Shown one piece after another: positions 43,974 to 53,444 of a DNA stretch of 64,000 nucleotides. The notes beneath the pieces are model-generated. The model did not search any database and was not told the DNA's origin. It worked only from the letters and a program-made list of their open reading frames with translations. The stretch is from Candidatus Doudnabacteria bacterium (GTDB lineage Bacteria > Patescibacteriota > Doudnabacteria > UBA920). The stretch covers positions 100,481 to 164,480 of the forward strand of contig CAVYGQ010000001.1 in NCBI GenBank assembly GCA_963768175.1. The letters are read 5' to 3'. The position numbers and the translations under genes are program-made. Each line of letters begins with the position of its first letter. Position 1 is the first letter of the stretch.

Positions 43974-44528
43974 TTATTTTTTATTTTTTGAAAAGTTACC
44001 CAAGACTGGTTTAACAAGTTTTTCAAAATCCTTGAGCGCGATTTCCACGCTGTCGGTGTAAGTGCCGGCGCTTGCAACCATTTTCTTGGCTCGCGACATG
44101 CCTTTGTCCAGTAACGTCTGAAGATTATATTCGGAGCCAAACGGGTGCAACAAGCCGACTTTGGTTTTTAGGTATACGGTGATATCTTTTTCCGAAGCCA
44201 TCGATACCTTTTTGGCCTTAAGCGCTTTTTTGATGCCGGAAAAGTCCACGTATTTGCCAGCGGGCAATACAATTAACACGAGATCAGAGGACAGTCCTTT
44301 TTTTAAGGGACTGTCCTCTTTCCATCCGTCAACCTTAACCAAAACCACTTTCGCTATTTCGTTAAGTTTCTTTTTAGTCGTTTGCGCGGCATCGTGTGCT
44401 GTATAAACCACCTTATGGCTTAAAGTTTTATATTTAACCTTGGCTTTGTCTAAAAGTTTGGTAACTTTGGTTTCCAGCTTTTTTACTTGCTTTTCAATGG
44501 TTGGTTTTTTTGATGCTTTTTTCTTCAT
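43974..44528 (-). CDS. YbaK/ProX-like aminoacyl-tRNA deacylase domain protein with a Lys-rich N-terminal extension
   Basis: A YbaK-like core (HKVVYTAHDAAQ ... LVLIVLPAGKYVDF..IKKAL ...) is present. An in-frame palindromic insertion lies at 44288-44319 (gaggacagtcctttttttaagggactgtcctc). Confidence 0.55.
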   Translation of the reverse strand: MKKKASKKPTIEKQVKKLETKVTKLLDKAKVKYKTLSHKVVYTAHDAAQTTKKKLNEIAKVVLVKVDGWKEDSPLKKGLSSDLVLIVLPAGKYVDFSGIKKALKAKKVSMASEKDITVYLKTKVGLLHPFGSEYNLQTLLDKGMSRAKKMVASAGTYTDSVEIALKDFEKLVKPVLGNFSKNKK

Positions 44529-44794
44529 AGGCTTTGAGCTTTTTTCTTATTCTTTACAAAGAAAATAATAATTAAAGCAACAATCAGATATACCACAACT
44601 GGCAAAAAAGCATTATTGAAAATATATTGTGCTTTAGAACAAAGACTTATTGTTATTTGCCTGTAAAAAATATCATGTGCGCAAAAAAATATTGCTTTTC
44701 CGCTACCGGGGTCGATAACACCCGAGCTTGGAGTTAAATACGGTAGCAGGATAATTAAAAAGCCCGCTGACAATCCGATAATTGTTTTTTTCAT
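44525..44794 (-). CDS. Hypothetical small membrane protein
   Basis: It has N- and C-terminal TM helices. Confidence 0.3.
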   Translation of the reverse strand: MKKTIIGLSAGFLIILLPYLTPSSGVIDPGSGKAIFFCAHDIFYRQITISLCSKAQYIFNNAFLPVVVYLIVALIIIFFVKNKKKAQSL

Positions 44795-44937
44795 AGGTTT
44801 TTTGTTATTTTTTAAAAGAAAAAACTTTTAATTTTACTGAGCTTTGTGTCCCGGATTTTTTTGCGGCTCATGATAATCATCAACGCAAAAAATTTCGGGA
44901 TGGGACTTGAAGATTCAGCGACAAATCAGTGTACTAA

Positions 44938-46788
44938 TCAGCGACCATTCGGCGGTTTTTTCGGCAAATCCAATTTAATATGCAATTCTTTCAGCTGCTT
45001 TTCTTCCACAGCGCTCGGAGCGCCCATCATTACGTCTTCGGCCGAGCCGTTTTTGGGGAAAGCAACGACTTCGCGGATGTTGGGCTCGTTTTCAAGCATC
45101 ATCAGTATCCTGTCTATTCCGGGCGCAAAACCGCCGTGCGGCGGCGCGCCGTATTCAAAGGCGCGGATCATGCCGCCGAATTTTTGGTCCACGGTTTCTT
45201 TGCTGTAGCCGCAAATCTCGAAGGCTTTATACATAATTTCCGGCTTGTAGTTGCGGATGGCGCCGGAAGAGAGCTCAAGCCCGTTACCAATAATATCGTA
45301 TTGATAAGCCCGTATCTCGTCGGGTTTCTGTGTTTCCAAAGCTTTCAGCCCGCCCTGCGGCATGCTAAACGGGTTATGCATAAAGTCCCAGCGTTTTTCC
45401 AAAGTGTTGTATTCAAACATCGGGAAATCGGTAATCCAGGCCCACGCAACCACGCTGGGATCTTTGAATCCAAAAATATCTCCCAGCTTGTCTCGGAGTT
45501 TGCCTAGTACTTTGTTCACGATAACTTTTTGATCGGCGCCAAAAAAGATTATGTCTCCGGTAGCGGCGCCGGTTTTGTCGATGATGGATTTTATTTCCTC
45601 AGGAGATAGGAATTTAAGGATGGGAGATTTAAGATATTTTTCAACCTCTCCCTCGGTCCCTCCCCAAGTCTTGGGGAGGGAAGACCCATTTGGTTGGTCT
45701 GCGACCACAATATACGCTAATCCGCCCGCGCCTTCTTTTTTTACCATTTCGGTTAATTCGTCAATTTGGGAGCGCGCTAGCTCGGCGCCGCCCTGGCAAC
45801 AAATGGCTTTTACCACGCCGCCGTTTTTTATGGCGTTGCCAAAAACGCTGAATTGCGTATTCTTTAAATCTTCGGACAAATCCACCAATTTCATTTCAAA
45901 ACGCAGGTCGGGTTTGTCGGAGCCGTACAAACCCATAACCTCAAGGAAGGGAAGGCGCGGAAAAGGTTTCCGCGCGCACTTTTTCCCGGCGAATTTTTCC
46001 GTCAGCTCCACAAATAACGGTTCCATTTCCTGAAAGACAATTTCATCTCGATCCGCAAAAGCTATTTCTAAATCTAATTGATAAAATTCGCCGGGGCTTC
46101 TGTCCGCTCGCGGATCTTCGTCGCGAAAGCACGGGGCAATTTGGTAATACTTGGGCACTCCGCCTATCATCAGTAATTGTTTAAATTGTTGCGGCGCCTG
46201 CGGCAACGCGTAAAATTTTCCGGGGTGCAGGCGGGACGGCACCAAAAAGTCGCGCGCGCCTTCAGGACTGCTGGAAGTTAAAATCGGCGTAGCCACCTCA
46301 ATAAAACCATGAGCCGTCATGTAGCGGTGGATGGTTTGAATCATCTCGTGCCGCTTTTTTAGCATCGCTTGCATTTTTTCGCGGCGCAAATCCAAAAAGC
46401 GGTACTTGAGGCGCAAGTCTTCGTTAATTTCCTGTTCCTCGCCGTGGCCGTGCGCTACGGGGAAAGGCAAAGGTTTGGAAGTGTTGAGGATGGTAATTGA
46501 TGAAGTTAAAATTTCCACGCCGCCGGTCGGTATATTTTCGTTTTTGGTTTCGGCGCTTCTTTCAATAATTTTGCCTTCAGCCTTAATTACAAACTCGTCG
46601 CGGCATTTGTCGGCCGCGGCAAAAGCTTCTTTGGCTTCCGGATGAACGGCAAGCTGGACAAGGCCGGTGTGGTCGCGCAAATCAATAAAAATAACGCCCC
46701 CGTGGTCGCGCCGGGAGTTTACCCAGCCCGAGACCGAGGCGTTTTGCCCGATTTTTTCGGGCGTTTCTGCGGATAGTGTTCGTTGCAT
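44938..46788 (-). CDS. aspS: Aspartyl-tRNA synthetase
   Basis: An OB-fold N-terminus (GWVNSRRDHGGVIFIDLRDHTG) and class II motifs 1-3 (FRDEDPRADR..., GGGIDR) are present. An in-frame palindromic insertion lies at 45658-45680 (ccctccccaagtcttggggaggg). Confidence 0.95.
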   Translation of the reverse strand: MQRTLSAETPEKIGQNASVSGWVNSRRDHGGVIFIDLRDHTGLVQLAVHPEAKEAFAAADKCRDEFVIKAEGKIIERSAETKNENIPTGGVEILTSSITILNTSKPLPFPVAHGHGEEQEINEDLRLKYRFLDLRREKMQAMLKKRHEMIQTIHRYMTAHGFIEVATPILTSSSPEGARDFLVPSRLHPGKFYALPQAPQQFKQLLMIGGVPKYYQIAPCFRDEDPRADRSPGEFYQLDLEIAFADRDEIVFQEMEPLFVELTEKFAGKKCARKPFPRLPFLEVMGLYGSDKPDLRFEMKLVDLSEDLKNTQFSVFGNAIKNGGVVKAICCQGGAELARSQIDELTEMVKKEGAGGLAYIVVADQPNGSSLPKTWGGTEGEVEKYLKSPILKFLSPEEIKSIIDKTGAATGDIIFFGADQKVIVNKVLGKLRDKLGDIFGFKDPSVVAWAWITDFPMFEYNTLEKRWDFMHNPFSMPQGGLKALETQKPDEIRAYQYDIIGNGLELSSGAIRNYKPEIMYKAFEICGYSKETVDQKFGGMIRAFEYGAPPHGGFAPGIDRILMMLENEPNIREVVAFPKNGSAEDVMMGAPSAVEEKQLKELHIKLDLPKKPPNGR

Positions 46789-46949
46789 ATATTTTGACCG
46801 TAATTGCGATAAACAGTCGCCACGGCAGTTAAAAATGAATACAAAAGTATTTTACAATAAAATCGTAAATATGGCAAAAATAATTAAAGCTACAGGGGAC
46901 ACTTCTTCCAGAAGTGTCCCCTGTAGCGGTTGATCAGTTTTTGACAAAA

Positions 46950-47385
46950 ACAGAGAGAGGGTTAGAATAAATTTAACCAATCCAAAGGGACAGGAGCCAA
47001 ACTGTGTCCTTCGGGGCACTCAATAGGCTGAAAGGCCTTATCAGTTTGGTTTAAAAGGGAGGGAATGGCCATATGACTGTGACCAATTCCGTCATGAAGA
47101 ACGGCTAAGAAGATAAGTTGTCACCCCACGGACGCGATCGTGGGGACAAAATCGCCTAAGGATCCGGCTAACGGACTGGAGACCAAAGGTGCCCGGGAGA
47201 TAGCCTGCCTATTTGCCGTGGGTAAGGTTTGTACCGGGCAGCAATCATAAGCTTGGCTGCGGGCGCAGCCACTCCTTCGGCGAAGTTTTTAGGAGAATTC
47301 AGGGTAGCACAAGCTACCAAGGAATAGCGATATTCCGCCCCACTTGATGCCGGCAAGTGGGGTTCGTTTTTGTCTTTTTACAAAA
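46950..47385 (+). ncRNA. Structured ~430-nt non-coding region with an intrinsic terminator; candidate ncRNA (RNase P RNA-sized, class unconfirmed)
   Basis: It has multiple stems (ctgtgtccttcggggcac; caccccacggacgcgatcgtggggac; ggctgcgggcgcagcc). The terminator gccccacttgatgccggcaagtggggttcgtttttgtcttttt lies at 47337-47380. It sits in a 750-bp divergent intergenic gap between aspS and the exonuclease gene. Confidence 0.3.
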
Positions 47386-47540
47386 AATTTTCTATACTAT
47401 ATGAGTAAAAATCAATTAAAAGGTATGATTGGATTTCCCCTCTTAAAATAAGAGGGGATTAAGGGGTGATATTTATCATCGGCGATATCCCCTCCTAGCC
47501 TCCCCTTATACTAAGGGGAGGGAAATCGCAGGAAACCAAA

Positions 47541-48123
47541 ATGGCTTTAAAAAAAATCATACTTGATTTAGAGACACAAAAATCTTTCCAAGATGTCGGG
47601 GGGCGGGGGAAGAACCATTTGCTAAAAGTCAGCGTGTGCGTAATTTACGATTACGCCACAAATAAATATACGGCTTACGAGGAGCACGAGCTGGGCAAAC
47701 TCGCGCCGGTTTTGCAGACGGCCGACCAGATTATCGGTTATAACATAAAAGATTTTGACTTTGAAGTCTTAAGGCCTTATTTGAATTTTAATATCCACGA
47801 AGTGCCGTATTTGGATTTGTTGGAAGAAATAGAAAAAGTTTTGCAGCATCGCATAAAGTTAGAAGTCAGTCGCCCAGGGTACACTGGGCAGCGGTAAATC
47901 CGGCACTGGGCTGGAGGCACTTTTGTATTATAAGAACGGTCGTATGGATTTGCTGAAGAAATATTGTCTGGACGACGTAAAAATTACCAAGCAAATTTAC
48001 GATTACGCGCTAAAAAACCAAAAAGTTTTGTATAAAGATTTTTTTAAGACCAAAGAGATACCGTTAAAGATTGCGGAAGCCGTGCCGAGGGTTGGGGTAA
48101 AACATCAAGCGTCTTTATTTTAA
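47541..48123 (+). pseudogene. Predicted 3'-5' exonuclease (RNase H-like fold, YprB/PolB-exo-like) carrying a +1 frameshift near 47862-47866
   Basis: The N-terminal part has exo motif I (IILDLETQ) and motif II (GYNIKDFDFEVL). The C-terminal part (…TLGSGKSGTGLEALLYYKNGRMDLLKKYCLDDVKIT, the motif III region) continues in the +1 frame from 47863. The ORF track shows two pieces, 47541-47897 and 47923-48123. Confidence 0.55.
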
Positions 48124-49013
48124 TGACAAAAACGACGGAAATGACAAAATTGACAAAAATAAGAATCATGCTTTATTTTTGCTCATTTTTGCTCATTTTT
48201 TTAATTTTTGTCATTTTATTCGGTTTTGTTTTTCCGGAGCGCGTTATCCTTCCCCAGTATTTCCATCTAGGACCGCTAATTATCCGTTATTACGGCGTTA
48301 TAATAGCCCTTGCCGCCGTTAGTGGCTTTTACTTGGCGATAAAAAGAGCGCCGCAATTTGGCCTTGAGCAAAAACGTGCCGAGGATATTTTGTTTTGGGT
48401 AGTTTTAGGAGGTTACGTTGGCGCGCGGTTGTACCATGTATTATCATCAATCGGTTATTATTCGCAAAACCCCACAGGTATTTTTAAAGTCTGGAACGGC
48501 GGTCTGTCCATTTACGGCGCCGTCCTCGGTGGCATTTTAAGTCTGTGGGTTTTAAAAAGATTGTACACCGTGCACTGGCCACTGCTTGCTCTTTTGGACT
48601 GGCTCGCGCCTTGCGTCTTAGTTGGGCAAATCATCGGCCGCTTTGGCAACCTGTTTAATTACGAAGCTTTTGGCTATCCGACCAATTTGCCTTGGAAAAT
48701 GTTTGTGCCCGAAATATTCCGCCCAATCCAGTACGCGTCGGCGGCATTTTTCCACCCATGGTTTTTGTACGAGGCTTTAGGCAATATCATTATCTTAGTT
48801 TTTTTGCTTAAAATTTTTAAACCCAAAGCCGCCGGAGAGGTTGTTTTTATGTACCTTTTATTGTATAATAGTTTAAGATTTGCTTTGGAATTTTTGAGAA
48901 TAGACAGCACTTTTATAGGTTGGGCGAGGCTAAACGCGAGTGTAAGTCTGTTTTTGATATCGGTATCTTTGGGTGGGTTATTTTATGTCAGAAAACGTGT
49001 TAAAACATCATAA
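48123..49013 (+). CDS. lgt: Prolipoprotein diacylglyceryl transferase
   Basis: It is polytopic and has the Lgt signature G(Q)IIGRFGNLFNYEAFG, with a conserved Y..H region. Confidence 0.85.
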   Translation: MTKTTEMTKLTKIRIMLYFCSFLLIFLIFVILFGFVFPERVILPQYFHLGPLIIRYYGVIIALAAVSGFYLAIKRAPQFGLEQKRAEDILFWVVLGGYVGARLYHVLSSIGYYSQNPTGIFKVWNGGLSIYGAVLGGILSLWVLKRLYTVHWPLLALLDWLAPCVLVGQIIGRFGNLFNYEAFGYPTNLPWKMFVPEIFRPIQYASAAFFHPWFLYEALGNIIILVFLLKIFKPKAAGEVVFMYLLLYNSLRFALEFLRIDSTFIGWARLNASVSLFLISVSLGGLFYVRKRVKTS

Positions 49014-49740
49014 GCTAATTTCTATCTGCATTGGACTGATGTTTTTGTTGGTTGTCCAGAATTTTTCCCAGCCTATGCCGGTTTTCAGATTTTTATTGCC
49101 CGCCGTTTTATTTTACGTAGGTTTAGTGGCAGCTTATAACCGCTGGTATTTGAAGCAGATTGGGAAATATAATTTTTGGGCGCTGCTCTTGCCCGAGCTT
49201 TTAATGGCCGCGGGGTTTGGCGCTTTTTTGGTTATCCATTCACAAAATTTGCGCGGTTTATTTTTAACTGCGACCGTTGTTTTTATAGCTTTTGCTGAAA
49301 TTATTTTAGGCAATATGTCGGAAAATTTAATGCTGAACCAAACCTTGATTATTGCCTTTGGCCTGTTTTTAAGTTTTTTCGGTGCTTATTATTACACCCC
49401 AAGTTTTCAGCCGATGTATTTAATCGGCGTGTTTTTAGGCGGCGGGATTTTGGCCAGGGTTTTTTATGAATCGGTCCCGCAGCCGGAAAAAACCAAATTA
49501 ATTGGCGCTATGGTTATTGGGCTGTTTTGCGCGGAATTATTTTGGGTTTTAAACTTTTTACAGTTTCATTTTAGCGTTTTAAGTTTAATTTTGTTTAATA
49601 TTTTTTATTTCTGTTTGGTTTTAAATTACTACCATCTGTTTCATAACTTGAATTTTAAAAAAGTCCAGTTTCATTTATTGCTGATTGCTTTTTGCAGCAT
49701 ATTGGTTGTAATGGAAACACCTTGGGCCATCCGTCCTTAA
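48973..49740 (+). CDS. Hypothetical polytopic membrane protein
   Basis: It has ~7 TM helices and overlaps the 3' end of lgt in another frame. Confidence 0.4.
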   Translation: MGYFMSENVLKHHKLISICIGLMFLLVVQNFSQPMPVFRFLLPAVLFYVGLVAAYNRWYLKQIGKYNFWALLLPELLMAAGFGAFLVIHSQNLRGLFLTATVVFIAFAEIILGNMSENLMLNQTLIIAFGLFLSFFGAYYYTPSFQPMYLIGVFLGGGILARVFYESVPQPEKTKLIGAMVIGLFCAELFWVLNFLQFHFSVLSLILFNIFYFCLVLNYYHLFHNLNFKKVQFHLLLIAFCSILVVMETPWAIRP

Positions 49741-49746
49741 AATTAT

Positions 49747-50811
49747 ATGTCAAAAAAACAAGCAATAGGAATAGTTATAGTTGCGGTTTTAATAGGCTGG
49801 ATTTTTAACGTTTTTGCCGGGCGTTTTTTAATGGCTAGAGTTTCCACTTGGCCGCTTTTAAATAAGTGGAAAATTTTAAGCCCGCAGGCGCCGATTGTCA
49901 TTAATAACCATGAGACGGTGCGCGTTAGCGACAGCGGCGATATTGCCGCGGCCGCGGACGACGTTAAATCAAAAATTAGCAGCGTGGCGCAGGTTTTCGG
50001 CAGCTCCGTGATTTTTTCCGGTACCGCGGTAAATTTGACTTCTGACGGAAGCTTTGTCACCGCCCCCGGAAGTTTTAAAAGCAAGTCCATAGGGGCTTAT
50101 TATGTTGTTTTAAACGACGGCACTTTTGGCAAAGTTAGCCAGCAAACAACTGATCCGGCGACTTCTTTGATATTTTTTAAAGCGGAGTTAAGCGGGGTGC
50201 CGGCGGCTAACCTGGCAGTTTCCGGCGACATTAAAGTCGGAGATAAAGTTTTATTCGCGCAAGACTCCCTGCAAAAATTTGACATTAAAGCGATTGCGGC
50301 TTCTGTCACCCAGGGGCAAAATGACGTCGAGGGGCAGATTTTTCAAACCGATTTTCCCAGCCGTTCTTTCGCTGCTTCAGCGGATACCACTTTGGCGCCC
50401 GGAGAAGCGGTGGTTGATACCAGCGGAAACATAGCGGGCGTTTGGAACGGCAGCGCCATAGTTTCTTCCGATGTGCTAAAACAGGCTATCGCTGTGTATT
50501 TTAACAACCCGCAAAACATTATTCGCCCAAGTTTTGGTTTTAGTTACTCCATAATTACGCAAAGCGACAGCAAATTAATTAGTTTGCCCGAAGGGGCTAT
50601 GGTAAAAGAGGAGGATGCCAATTCGCCTGCCCGTTTGGCGGGGCTGCAGGTTAACGATGTAATAACCGCTCTTGGCGGCCAGGCGGTAAGCGAAAGTTCG
50701 CCGTTTGAGCAAATGTTGGAACAATTTAAACCTGGCGATAAAATGGTTTTAACAATAACGCGTAAAAGCCAGACAGTAAATTTAACTTTGACCGTCGGAC
50801 AATTAAAATAA
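49747..50811 (+). CDS. HtrA-like protein: TM anchor, trypsin-like domain (catalytic Ser motif not evident) and C-terminal PDZ domain
   Basis: The PDZ pattern is present (GAMVKEEDANSPARLAGLQVNDVITALGGQAV...GDKMVLTI). The upstream region is beta-rich, and GEAVVDTSGN replaces the canonical GDSGGP. Confidence 0.5.
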   Translation: MSKKQAIGIVIVAVLIGWIFNVFAGRFLMARVSTWPLLNKWKILSPQAPIVINNHETVRVSDSGDIAAAADDVKSKISSVAQVFGSSVIFSGTAVNLTSDGSFVTAPGSFKSKSIGAYYVVLNDGTFGKVSQQTTDPATSLIFFKAELSGVPAANLAVSGDIKVGDKVLFAQDSLQKFDIKAIAASVTQGQNDVEGQIFQTDFPSRSFAASADTTLAPGEAVVDTSGNIAGVWNGSAIVSSDVLKQAIAVYFNNPQNIIRPSFGFSYSIITQSDSKLISLPEGAMVKEEDANSPARLAGLQVNDVITALGGQAVSESSPFEQMLEQFKPGDKMVLTITRKSQTVNLTLTVGQLK

Positions 50812-50967
50812 TAGGATTTACGTGGTCGCCAGTTGAGGACAGCCCTCTGGCACAGTATCGGTAATAATTAAAACGATTTATAAATATCAAGTCATTATTT
50901 ATTTAGTGGCGTTGGCTTGCCAGAGGACTGTCCTCAAGCTCGTTGGCATCAACAATTTACTCAAATG

Positions 50968-51414
50968 GAAATATCAAAATTGGGATTAGAAGAGGCCAAA
51001 AAAGTTAAGACTTACGACCACCGGGGCAAAGAAAACGGTTGGTTGGTGGAACTGTATAAAGATAAGGGAACTGGCAAAAAAACCGAAAGCTACCTTACAG
51101 CGGTTTTGCCCGGGGCCTTTAAGGGTTACCACTTGCATCGCGTACGCGCAGCGCGCTATGTGGCCATAAAGGGTAAAATGAAAATTACTTGCTACGAAAA
51201 CCACGATGGCAAATGGCAGTCTACCGAGTTTATTTTATCGGCTGACAACCCCCAAAGATTGTTCATTCCAAAAAATGTGGCAACCGGTTTGAAAAATATC
51301 GGCAACGAAGAAGCCTGGCTAATAAATTATCCGGACCCGGCCTACGATCCATTATTGGAAGATGAACAGGTGGAATATACGAAGGAGGAATTAGAGCAAG
51401 GGATTATTAAATAA
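50968..51414 (+). CDS. rmlC: RmlC-like cupin (dTDP-4-dehydrorhamnose 3,5-epimerase family)
   Basis: It has a cupin beta-barrel pattern (D.RG...G.......GYHLH......YV.IKGK) and sits directly upstream of rmlB-rmlD-rmlA. The ATG at 50968 is preferred over the listed start at 50917. Confidence 0.6.
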   Translation, partial: EISKLGLEEAKKVKTYDHRGKENGWLVELYKDKGTGKKTESYLTAVLPGAFKGYHLHRVRAARYVAIKGKMKITCYENHDGKWQSTEFILSADNPQRLFIPKNVATGLKNIGNEEAWLINYPDPAYDPLLEDEQVEYTKEELEQGIIK

Positions 51415-51438
51415 ATCCGAAATTTAGAGCGGAGATTT

Positions 51439-52458
51439 ATGAAGATATTAATTACCGGCGGAGCTGGATTTATCGGTTCCAACTTTGCGCATTATTGGAT
51501 AAAGCATTATCCGGACGGCCAAATTGTGGTTCTGGATAAGTTGACTTATGCCGGGAATCTAGAGAATTTATCTGATGTTATCAATCGCATAGAGTTCGTC
51601 AAAGGAGATATTTGCGATGAAGCGGTTGTCGGACGGGTAATGAAAGGCGTGGATGTGGTGGTGCATTTTGCGGCGGAAACTCATGTTGACAGGTCAATCC
51701 AAAATCCTGATGTTTTTGTCCGGACTAATGTTTTAGGCACGCAAGTTTTGCTTGAGGCGGCAAAAAAATATCAGGTAAAAAGATTTCATCACGTCTCCAC
51801 CGACGAAGTTTTCGGTAGCCTGCCGCTGGGCTCAAAAGAAAAGTGGAATGAGCAAACGCCTTACAACCCACGCAGCCCTTACTCGGCCAGTAAAGCCGCA
51901 AGTGACCATTTAGTCCGCGCTTATTATCATACCTACGGCTTGCCGATAACTATCAGCAACTGTGCCAATAACCTTGGCCCTTATATGTTTCCGGAAAAAT
52001 TAATTCCTCTTGCAATTACCAATCTTTTGGAAGGCAAAAAGGTGCCGATTTACAAACCAGGCAACCAAGTCCGCGAATGGCTGTATGTGGAAGACCATTG
52101 CAGCGGCATTGATGCGATTTTGGAAAAAGGGAAAATCGGTGAAACGTATTTTATCGGGCCCGACAATCCCGAGTTTACAAATTTGGAAGTTATCAGGAAA
52201 CTTTTGGTGCTTATGAAAGCGGGCGATGATATGCTGGAAATGGTCAGCGACCGCCCGGGGCACGACCAAAAATATGCGATGGATCATAGTAAAATATCAC
52301 GCGAACTTGGCTGGCGACCAAAGTACGGGCTGGATGATTCTTTAAAAATGCTTGTTGATTGGTATACGAAAAATCAAGACTGGTGGAAAGAGGTTAAAAG
52401 CGGGGAATATCAAAAGTATTACGAACGGCAATATAAAGGGAAAACAAATAACCGATAA
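51439..52458 (+). CDS. rmlB: dTDP-glucose 4,6-dehydratase
   Basis: The motifs ILITGGAGFIGSN and YSASKAASDHLVRAY (YxxxK) and an SDR-extended fold are present. Confidence 0.95.
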   Translation: MKILITGGAGFIGSNFAHYWIKHYPDGQIVVLDKLTYAGNLENLSDVINRIEFVKGDICDEAVVGRVMKGVDVVVHFAAETHVDRSIQNPDVFVRTNVLGTQVLLEAAKKYQVKRFHHVSTDEVFGSLPLGSKEKWNEQTPYNPRSPYSASKAASDHLVRAYYHTYGLPITISNCANNLGPYMFPEKLIPLAITNLLEGKKVPIYKPGNQVREWLYVEDHCSGIDAILEKGKIGETYFIGPDNPEFTNLEVIRKLLVLMKAGDDMLEMVSDRPGHDQKYAMDHSKISRELGWRPKYGLDDSLKMLVDWYTKNQDWWKEVKSGEYQKYYERQYKGKTNNR

Positions 52459-52521
52459 TTGATAATTAATAACTCTGGAAACTGTAAGTAGTTATCGGTT
52501 ATAAATTAATAGTTATAAGTT

Positions 52522-53376
52522 ATGGGCACTATTTTAATTCTAGGGTCGCAAGGCTTGCTAGGCGGGGAGTTTAAAAGGACTTTTTCGCGCGCTTTGGGTT
52601 GGGACAGAAAAGAAATCGATATTAGCGAGGCGGAAAGTTTGGAAAACAAAATTTTAGCGCTTGGGCAAAAGCCCGCCGCCATTATTAATTGCGCGGCATA
52701 TAATAACGTTGACGGCGCGGAAAAAGAAAAAGACAAAGCTTTTTTAATAAATGCCACGGCTGTGGGCAATTTGGCCAAGGTGTGCGGTAAATTGGATATT
52801 TTATTGGTGCATTTTTCGACTAATTACGTGTTTGACGGCGAAAAAGGCGAGTACGCGGAAATCGACCAGCCTAACCCCATATCCGTATATGGGCAGTCTA
52901 AATATGAAGGGGAAAAATTGCTGGAGGCAAACTGCTTGAGATACTATTTGATTCGGACTTCGGTTTTGTTTGGCCAGGAGGCGGAAAGCCCGTATGCGAA
53001 AAAGAGTTTTATAGAAGTTATGTTGGGTTTATCAGAAAAAACTGCTACAATTAAGGCAGTAAATGACGAAACCAACAGCCTGACCTATGCAGCCGATTTG
53101 GCCAAAGCCGTAGAGGATTTAATTGTTAAAAAGTTTTCTTACGGCATTTACCATATAATTAACAGTGGGCAAGCGTCTTGGTATGATTTTGCCAGGGAAA
53201 TTTTTAGCATCAGCGGCAAAAAAATTAATTTGGTTCCGGTAAAGTCTACGGAATTTTTGCGCCAAGCCAAGCGGCCGAAAAAAGCCGTCTTGCTGAATAC
53301 CAAACTGCCGCCGCTTCGGAGCTGGCAGGAAGCGCTGAAAGAATACTTGAATCAGGAATCAAGAAGTATGAATTAG
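52522..53376 (+). CDS. rmlD: dTDP-4-dehydrorhamnose reductase
   Basis: An ILGSQGLLGGE Rossmann motif is present, and the length and YxxxK are consistent with RmlD. Confidence 0.88.
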   Translation: MGTILILGSQGLLGGEFKRTFSRALGWDRKEIDISEAESLENKILALGQKPAAIINCAAYNNVDGAEKEKDKAFLINATAVGNLAKVCGKLDILLVHFSTNYVFDGEKGEYAEIDQPNPISVYGQSKYEGEKLLEANCLRYYLIRTSVLFGQEAESPYAKKSFIEVMLGLSEKTATIKAVNDETNSLTYAADLAKAVEDLIVKKFSYGIYHIINSGQASWYDFAREIFSISGKKINLVPVKSTEFLRQAKRPKKAVLLNTKLPPLRSWQEALKEYLNQESRSMN

Positions 53377-53381
53377 GGTCT

Positions 53382-53440
53382 CCTAATTCCTAATTCCTAA
53401 TTCCTAATTCCTAATTCCTAATTCCTAATTCCTAATTCCT
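53382..53440 (+). repeat. Heptanucleotide microsatellite (CCTAATT)x8 plus a partial unit, ending 5 nt before the rmlA start codon
   Basis: It is a perfect tandem repeat in the rmlD-rmlA intergenic spacer and replaces any recognisable RBS. Confidence 0.9.
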
Positions 53441-53444
53441 TTTC

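Noticed and set aside
46950-47385. Calling this region RNase P RNA
   Set aside because: The size and the presence of a terminator fit. Only weak, partial resemblance to conserved RNase P segments was found (for example CCGGCUAA versus CCGGCUUA). That is insufficient without a covariance-model search.
53382-53440. Possible CRISPR array (regular short repeats)
   Set aside because: The repeats are perfectly contiguous 7-mers with no spacers. The other repeat families are palindromic hairpins at irregular spacing, with no unique spacer sequences, and no cas genes are present.
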